Of a DNA stretch of 13,845 nt, positions 7,895 through 13,845 are shown piece after piece. Source of the stretch: Candidatus Asgardarchaeum abyssi (GTDB lineage Archaea; Asgardarchaeota; Asgardarchaeia; Asgardarchaeales; Asgardarchaeaceae); assembly GCA_040225955.1 (NCBI GenBank), contig JBECUL010000052.1, positions 1 to 13,845 on the forward strand, written 5' to 3'. Every line of letters starts with the position of its first letter. Positions within the stretch are counted from its first letter, which is position 1. The position numbers were made by a program, and so were the translations under genes. The notes beneath the pieces were generated by a model. The model had not been told where the DNA came from. It searched no databases and worked only from the letters and a program-made list of their open reading frames with translations.

Positions 7895-8344
7895 TTATAA
7901 CGTCTCTTTAAGCGGCAGAACAGCATCAACGCGTTTCCAATTATTTGGATTTTCCAGCATTGCAATTATCACACCACCTAGAAGTCTATTGTTATCTTTA
8001 ATGGCATCAGCGTATGCCTTAGGCCATACTCCAATTAATAAACTTCCTTCTTCTGAGATTCTAAAAAGAAAGCCAAATCTAAGATCGTCTTTATCAATAC
8101 CGAGTAAAGCCCAAATGCTTTGTAATTCTATCTCTTCCAACTCTGGAGGAATAACCTCCTTAATGTTACCAACTGCGTGATAATTATCATGACTCTTAAT
8201 TAGATCGACTAAAATGCGCATAGCCTTTTCTTTTAACTCTAAAAAATCACCCATGATGTCCCGCAGGTCAATAAAAGTTAACGTAAAGTCATCAGCAGTA
8301 CCTGGTTCTTCCCCTTCAAAAACAATATCCCACTTGCGTGACAT
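7895..8344 (-). CDS. Hypothetical protein, 149 aa, globular alpha/beta
   Basis: ATG with GGGGT RBS, protein-like composition, co-oriented with neighbours; no family recognised. Confidence 0.8.
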   Translation of the reverse strand: MSRKWDIVFEGEEPGTADDFTLTFIDLRDIMGDFLELKEKAMRILVDLIKSHDNYHAVGNIKEVIPPELEEIELQSIWALLGIDKDDLRFGFLFRISEEGSLLIGVWPKAYADAIKDNNRLLGGVIIAMLENPNNWKRVDAVLPLKETL

Positions 8345-8484
8345 ATCTTACCCCATTAGACCTTTTCAGAACCAGTTACTCCAGATGAGAATAATCCTGG
8401 TTCATGATACCTATTTTATTACATTTAAGTATTTACGTAATATTTAAGATTTATGAATTTAAATAAGACAAATTATCAAAGTGG

Positions 8485-8657
8485 ATGGCTCCCAGAACTT
8501 ATGTTATATTAGGAGGCCCTGAAAAAGGCTTTCCTCATTATGAATTCAACAAGAAGATTTTACTAAAGGAGTTTAAGAGATTCAAAATTATTGATTTTTG
8601 GATAGATCGGAAAATTACTATTGCTTACTTAGAAGAGTAAAGCAGAAGGTCAAATAA
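8485..8657 (+). pseudogene. Gene remnant, possibly the C-terminus of a class I SAM methyltransferase
   Basis: MAPRTYVILGGPEKGFPHYEFNKKILLKEFKRFKIIDFWID, then in a shifted frame NYYCLLRRVKQKVK*. Resembles methyltransferase tails (H-Y-F...F-I...YCL); family call is from recall. Confidence 0.4.
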
Positions 8658-8668
8658 TTTTTGAATTT

Positions 8669-10267
8669 TTAAGAACTCATACTTTCCTTGAATTCTCTAA
8701 TGAGATACTTTTTACTAATTAAAACGTCAATATGGTCCCACGGTAATGTAGAATCGAGAGACTTCTGAACTTCAGTTATCTTAGCTAAGTCTATGCCAAA
8801 CATCTTCTGCGCTCTTCGCCATACACCTAAACTATTTCCATAGTCTGCTACATAAGCTATAAGTTTACTTAAAGAACTATCACCAAGTGATAGTGCTGCT
8901 TGAATTTTTGCCCATGCTGGATTATAGTATGTTACATATGTTATACCTATTTTTTTCAAACCTTTGGCAACGAAGTGGATTCTTTTTCTGAGTTCTGAAA
9001 GTGGTAGTTGAGAAGTCCATTGAAATGGTGTATGTGGTTTGGGGATAAATGGCGTGATACTTATATGGATGTCTCCTGGCAAATACCCTACTTTAATGAG
9101 TTTCTGCGACAATGTTACAATACCTTGTAGGTCCTCGTAAGTTTCTCTAGGCAGCCCAACGATAAAATATAGTTTTATACGTCTGAGTCCACAGTCCCTT
9201 GATATTTTTGCTGCGTTAAGGATCTGATCATCGGTAAATCTCTTATTTACTATGCAACGAAGCCTATATGTCCCTGCTTCTGGAGCAAAGGTAACTGTTT
9301 TCTGTCCACCTTTAACTAATGCCCTAGCAATAGATTCGGTATATCCATCTACCCTTAGCGATTCCACTGAAAGCTCAAGATCTTTATTAACAATATACCA
9401 AATGAGGTCTTCAAATTTCGGATAATCGGTCACGTTGGATCCTATTAACACCATCTTATTAACGCCAGTCAACATAGGACCATTATCAACCAAGTATTGA
9501 AGCTTCTCTAAACTTCGAATGCGAAGCGGCCTATTCTGAAATCCGATCAAACAAAATCTACATCCTCGATTGCAGCCGCGTGAGACTTCCAAAAAATATG
9601 CTTTTCCAAAAACTGGTGCGTGAATACTTTTTTCATCTATCTGAGGAACAATTTCAATAATCGGATGAAATGCATCGTCTAATTTTTTAATTAATGCCCT
9701 CTTTACAAGATGTTTACCTAAAGAGGGAACATAAACTCCTTTTATTTCAGCAAAAGCTTCAAGATTTTTTCTTGGGTTTTTTAATTCTAAACATAGGTCA
9801 ATTATTCTATTTAGAACAGCATCCCCATCACCAATTACAAATAAATCAATAAAGTCACGTATTGGCTCGGGGTTTTCCCAAGCACAAGGCCCTCCAGCAA
9901 TTATAAGCGGATCTTTATCAGACCTATCTTTGGAATAAATGGGAATGCCAGACCTCTCTAAAATATGAACTACATAAACATAATCTGTCTCAAACTGCAG
10001 AGTAAATCCTACTATATCAAAATCTCTTAAAGGAAAACCAGATTCTAAAGATTCTGGGACAGCAGAATAATCAGAAGGAAGGAAAAAACGCTCGCATAGA
10101 ACATCATCCCTAGAATTTAAGAAGAAGTAAAGTAGCTGAGTTGTAAAGGACGACATCCCAACCTTATATATATTAGGGTAAACTAATGCAAACTTTAACT
10201 TGACTTTTCTCCAATCCTTTTTTACTATGTTTGCTTCTAAAACTCGCTCAATCATTATATGCACCAT
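8669..10267 (-). CDS. Radical SAM protein with N-terminal B12-binding-like domain (COG1032 / TIGR03960-like)
   Basis: CxxxCxxC motif EVSRGCNRGCRFC; YPNIYKVGMS, IAGGP, IGDGD, TFAPEAG, KLYFIVGLP, FIPKPHTPFQW, LPWDHID. Confidence 0.9.
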   Translation of the reverse strand: MVHIMIERVLEANIVKKDWRKVKLKFALVYPNIYKVGMSSFTTQLLYFFLNSRDDVLCERFFLPSDYSAVPESLESGFPLRDFDIVGFTLQFETDYVYVVHILERSGIPIYSKDRSDKDPLIIAGGPCAWENPEPIRDFIDLFVIGDGDAVLNRIIDLCLELKNPRKNLEAFAEIKGVYVPSLGKHLVKRALIKKLDDAFHPIIEIVPQIDEKSIHAPVFGKAYFLEVSRGCNRGCRFCLIGFQNRPLRIRSLEKLQYLVDNGPMLTGVNKMVLIGSNVTDYPKFEDLIWYIVNKDLELSVESLRVDGYTESIARALVKGGQKTVTFAPEAGTYRLRCIVNKRFTDDQILNAAKISRDCGLRRIKLYFIVGLPRETYEDLQGIVTLSQKLIKVGYLPGDIHISITPFIPKPHTPFQWTSQLPLSELRKRIHFVAKGLKKIGITYVTYYNPAWAKIQAALSLGDSSLSKLIAYVADYGNSLGVWRRAQKMFGIDLAKITEVQKSLDSTLPWDHIDVLISKKYLIREFKESMSS

Positions 10268-10494
10268 GTATTTTCATTATCCTTATGTCCAAAAATTTAC
10301 GTATAATTCTGAATTTATCAGCATAATATCTTGAATGTATTAAGTGAAAGGTATATAATATGCTATCGAAAGATAATGATATAGGAATTTTACCATAATC
10401 AGAAATATGGCCTATTTAAGATCAAATTGGATTAAAATGGATATAAAACCAAAATTTTTATTCTTATCTACAAATTGTAATTTTGGTGCTATAG

Positions 10495-10821
10495 ATGGCA
10501 ATTATTTTAAAGATGGATAAGCAAAGAAGAATCAGAATCCCTAAAAAGGTAAAACTTGAAAGCGACACTTTTCTCCTAATTATAATCGGACCTTATAAAA
10601 TGTTATTTCCTATTCCAAAGGAAAAGCCAGAGGTCGATATATCCGAAAAAGATGTGACTCGGTTGCTTAAAGATGCAGATAGGTTTGCAAAAGAGGATGC
10701 TCTATCAAGACTACATAGGCGACTAAAAGAGTATGAAAAAATGCTGATAGAGAGTGATATTCCTGCTGCGTATTTCAAGAAGAAAAATTGGCTTGAAAAT
10801 ACTGCTGAAGATTATAATTAA
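10495..10821 (+). CDS. AbrB/MazE-type (VapB) antitoxin reading in frame into the start of a VapC
   Basis: N-terminal KMDKQRRIRIPK matches the AbrB motif DxxGRIxIPK (G replaced by R). GGTG RBS and TTTTTATT box upstream. The last 26 aa are a PIN-domain start. Confidence 0.7.
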   Translation: MAIILKMDKQRRIRIPKKVKLESDTFLLIIIGPYKMLFPIPKEKPEVDISEKDVTRLLKDADRFAKEDALSRLHRRLKEYEKMLIESDIPAAYFKKKNWLENTAEDYN

Positions 10822-10918
10822 TAGAATGAAGCTTGGAGAGTTTAGTGAGGCTATTATAGCTAGTGAAGTAGTTATGCATAATTTTTACCATATTTTTCGT
10901 AAATACACTAGCATTTAA
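10741..10918 (+). pseudogene. vapC: Frameshifted, truncated VapC (PIN domain) toxin
   Basis: MLIESDIPAAYFKKKNWLENTAE, +1 shift near 10810, then IIINRMKLGEFSEAIIASEVVMHNFYHIFRKYTSI-TAA. Only the N-terminal part of a PIN domain, ending next to the convergent peptidase stop. Confidence 0.7.
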
Positions 10919-10919
10919 T

Positions 10920-12680
10920 TTACTTCTTCAAATGTCTTTCAAAGAATATTAGAGCTGGGAGTAGTATTTTAACTGCGTCATCCATTTTAGCTATAAAGTG
11001 TCCCATATCCGGTGCTATATGTGCTTCAAATGTTTTACCTGCTTCTAACAGTTTGTTCATATACCGAAGTATAGGTTTTAATGGAGTTCTAGTATCATTT
11101 TGTGGATGTATTATGCACAATGGACCACTTACTTTATCCACATATGTTATTGGAGATCTCTCCTTAAACAGATCTTTCTTCCCTGCGAAAAGGATTTCTA
11201 TGGTCTTTCTGAATATATCATCGCTAAGTCCATACATCTCTTCCCAATCAGAAATGCTTGCTCCAGCAACACCGCACCTCCATAGGTCTGGATGTTTGCC
11301 CATAGCTAGCAGTGTCATATATCCTCCATAACTATAACCTATTATAGAGACTTTCTTTTCATCCGCAATCCCGTTTTTAACAGCCCAACTTCTAATATAA
11401 ACGATGTCTTGTAAATCACCACCACCTGGATCTCCAATATCAAGTACCCTAAAATCATCACCGTAACCTATAGAACCTCTGAAATTGGGTGCTAAAACAT
11501 GGTATCCAGAAGTCACTAGTGACGCTATAAAAATACTCCATAAATCTCTTACTTCTGCCCATGGCCCTCCATGCACATAAACTGCACTTGGGCCCGGCTT
11601 AGTTGCTATTTTACTCTCTACGATATATGCTGGTATTTCAAGACCATCAAATGATTTATATTTCACAAATTTTACTTCCCCAAATCTTTCTCTAAGCTCT
11701 TTAGGTAAAACATTGTCTACTATAATCTCCGTTTTCTTATTTTTCAAGTCTATTTCTAATATTCTGGGTGGTTGTACAAGGCTAGATACTGCTACGAAAA
11801 CACGATCCTTGGTAAAAGCAGGTATGCCGTGTATTGTGCCTAAAGGCGTTGGAATTTCTTTCCCATCCACGAAAAGTCTAGATCTGCCATTTCTTTTACC
11901 TACAGCCCATACCTTCCCATCAATCGTCCATCCATAAGCATCATGCTCAATGGGGTTAAAATCATCATAGTCATTATAGCTAAATTTTACTTTCTCGATA
12001 GTGTTATTCTTAGGATCATAAAAGTAAAGTCTATTTACGCCCTCAAAATTGCTCTCAAATAGAATCGTTTCTTTTAATATTCTAGGATCTTTATTTTGGG
12101 ATCCTTCTTTAGGCGTATAAACTTTAAACTCATTAGTTTCTAAGTCTAAGATGAAAATTTCATATGTTTTGGGATCCTTTCTGAGATTACCAAAGCCTAC
12201 TACATATCTGTCACTAACATCGGTTACAAGAGCCAGTGCTTCAAGCTTAACAAGCTTCTCCCATGTACTATCCATTTTCGCTAAATATATAGCAGTATCT
12301 TCTGCTGTAGCTCCAGTAAAAGCTACTTTTGAGCCGTCAAAGGCTATGCCGAAAATTCTCATGAGAGGAGTATCGGCCAAAAGTTCTTCCTTACCAGATC
12401 GAACATCCGTATAAAATACCTTGTGTAGCTCTTTACCTTTAGCAACATCTCTAGTGAATATTGTATAAGGTGAAGTGGCTGTAGGTATCGCAGGTTCATG
12501 AACAGGTTCTACTGTAAGCCTCTTTACACTCTTAGACTCCAAGTTAATGGACCATAGGCTCCTAATACCTTCTTGTGTGGATAAATAGACCAAGTTGTTA
12601 GCTGTGATACCTAAGGTTCCGTATAACGGGATCCTCACCAAATTTTCTAAAGTTTTAACTATTTCTGAAATACTCAACAT
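10920..12680 (-). CDS. S9 family acylaminoacyl peptidase (beta-propeller plus alpha/beta hydrolase)
   Basis: VHGGP, PNFRGS, nucleophile GYSYGG, NDTRT (Asp) and GH (His). Start placed at MLSISE (12680), which has a GGAAGGA RBS, rather than 12758. Confidence 0.93.
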   Translation of the reverse strand: MLSISEIVKTLENLVRIPLYGTLGITANNLVYLSTQEGIRSLWSINLESKSVKRLTVEPVHEPAIPTATSPYTIFTRDVAKGKELHKVFYTDVRSGKEELLADTPLMRIFGIAFDGSKVAFTGATAEDTAIYLAKMDSTWEKLVKLEALALVTDVSDRYVVGFGNLRKDPKTYEIFILDLETNEFKVYTPKEGSQNKDPRILKETILFESNFEGVNRLYFYDPKNNTIEKVKFSYNDYDDFNPIEHDAYGWTIDGKVWAVGKRNGRSRLFVDGKEIPTPLGTIHGIPAFTKDRVFVAVSSLVQPPRILEIDLKNKKTEIIVDNVLPKELRERFGEVKFVKYKSFDGLEIPAYIVESKIATKPGPSAVYVHGGPWAEVRDLWSIFIASLVTSGYHVLAPNFRGSIGYGDDFRVLDIGDPGGGDLQDIVYIRSWAVKNGIADEKKVSIIGYSYGGYMTLLAMGKHPDLWRCGVAGASISDWEEMYGLSDDIFRKTIEILFAGKKDLFKERSPITYVDKVSGPLCIIHPQNDTRTPLKPILRYMNKLLEAGKTFEAHIAPDMGHFIAKMDDAVKILLPALIFFERHLKK

Positions 12681-13022
12681 TGCAAATCCTTCCAAAATTA
12701 TTATTACTACTATAATAATAGAATATTCACATACATAATAGTTTAGATTATAGTACAATTATTTAGATTTCTAGTTTTATAAAGCATTCAAAGAATTTCT
12801 CAGATGACATTTTTAATATGTTAAATTTGGGCTTATGCGCTTTTCCTCTCAACAGTGCAAAGAGTTATCTTAATTTTCCTTCACACAATAATATCTCTTA
12901 CTACTCCATAAGGATCGTTAGTTACCAAGTTGCCAGAATATCTTCCTTCTACTTTATGCGCTCACTATATAACGTGTAATTAATTTTCAAAAATATAAAA
13001 CAATGTGGTTTATCCAATTACC

Positions 13023-13567
13023 TCAGTAATATATTCTCTCTCCTTTTATTTTGCTTTCCTCATATTCACACTTTATTTTAGCTTTAAGAGGGATCCGTCT
13101 TCTCAATAAATCGATAAATGAATATATGTCCCCTGCTGAGCTCAACAAGTGAAGGGCATAAAGGCCGAACAATAACATGGCAAGTTGAACATCTTGAGCC
13201 AATATTGAGAGCAATAAAAGAACTATAGAGATCACCTGAGGAACTATCAACACAATATAATACTGCAATATGGTGACCTCATTATAAAAAATAGCTAGTG
13301 TAAACGGTATCTTTATGGGTCCTAGTTCCGAGCTTAAGACTCTAATTTTTTACTATTTTTATCCCATCTTCTAATCACTATGAAATGAGTTAACTCATGC
13401 AGAATCGATATAAAAATAATTAGTGCAATAGGAACTATTATACCAATCAGAAACGAATTCCAATTCTCATCCATTACTACAAGCTTTATACTCCGAAATG
13501 GAAGCAGTCCTATACTTCCTAAATAATCAACCTGAAACAAGTAGTTACAAAAAACTACTAATAGGTT
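13023..13567 (-). pseudogene. Frameshifted DUF3267-like membrane zinc metalloprotease
   Basis: LHELTH (HExxH) in the upstream ORF and IVPQ / SSAGDIY in the downstream ORF. The frames join at the A6 run (13346-13351): ...WDKNSK/KIRVLSSELGPIKIPFTLAIFYNEVTILQYY... No clear ATG plus RBS. Confidence 0.75.
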
Positions 13568-13845
13568 TTAAACATATTTTTCGGCAACAACACGCATGGT
13601 AAATGATCTTTTGACTTTGTCTTCGTTATTATCAAGCTCTGGCAAAGAATAAATACCTAAAACATTATATCCGTTTTCTTTCAAAATTCTTCTAATATCG
13701 TCCAAGGTATAGGTTCTAATGATATGATTTTCTGTAAATCTATCAATCAAATAATTATTTTCTATTACTGCTTTGTTGATTAAAACAATGTTATATGAAA
13801 TAGCCGACGAAAAGATTTTTTTCATCATACGTATTATTTACCGAT
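13568..13845 (-). pseudogene. 3' end of a class I SAM-dependent methyltransferase, apparently frameshifted
   Basis: Tail ENHIIRTYTLDDIRRILKENGYNVLGIY...MRVVAEK is typical. An in-frame TAA lies just upstream of 13828, while another frame (SVNNTYDEKNLF) is open to the window edge. Confidence 0.6.

Noticed and set aside
7519-8447. Plus-strand ORFs 7519-7833, 7887-8180 and 8214-8447
   Set aside because: Ser/Phe/Leu-rich shadows opposite better-supported minus-strand coding sequence.
10593-12414. Small ORFs 10593-10778, 11053-11331, 11100-11285, 11713-11937 and 12151-12414
   Set aside because: All lie antisense within the antitoxin or peptidase genes.
12681-12758. 26-aa N-terminal extension of the peptidase
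   Set aside because: AT-rich, low-complexity translation; the RBS supports a start at 12680.
1-13845. CRISPR array, rRNA, tRNA, transposase, or genome-wide TGA reassignment
   Set aside because: No periodic repeats or RNA-gene signatures seen by eye; long genes contain no internal TGA and encode Trp with TGG.

Overview
AT-rich, archaeal-looking window (GGTG/GAGG ribosome-binding motifs, TATA-like boxes, archaeal-type S9 peptidase and VapBC). An Asgard- or TACK-like origin is inferred, not proven. Nearly all intact genes are on the minus strand: nucleoside phosphorylase, a QNG1/DUF2419 queuosine-salvage-family hydrolase, an 890-aa protein with a split gamma-glutamylcyclotransferase-like domain fused to a CorA-like 2-TM domain, a coiled-coil/winged-helix protein, a 149-aa hypothetical, a radical SAM enzyme and an S9 peptidase. 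Between them lie many broken genes (small 2-TM protein with an in-frame TGA, kinase C-terminal remnant, two methyltransferase remnants, VapBC, DUF3267). A GC-enriched structured element with two GNRA-capped hairpins sits at 151-235. Best leads: a possible archaeal 7-deazaguanine (archaeosine/preQ0/Q) salvage locus, the GGCT-CorA fusion and the structured RNA. All family calls come from motif recognition by eye; no searches were run.
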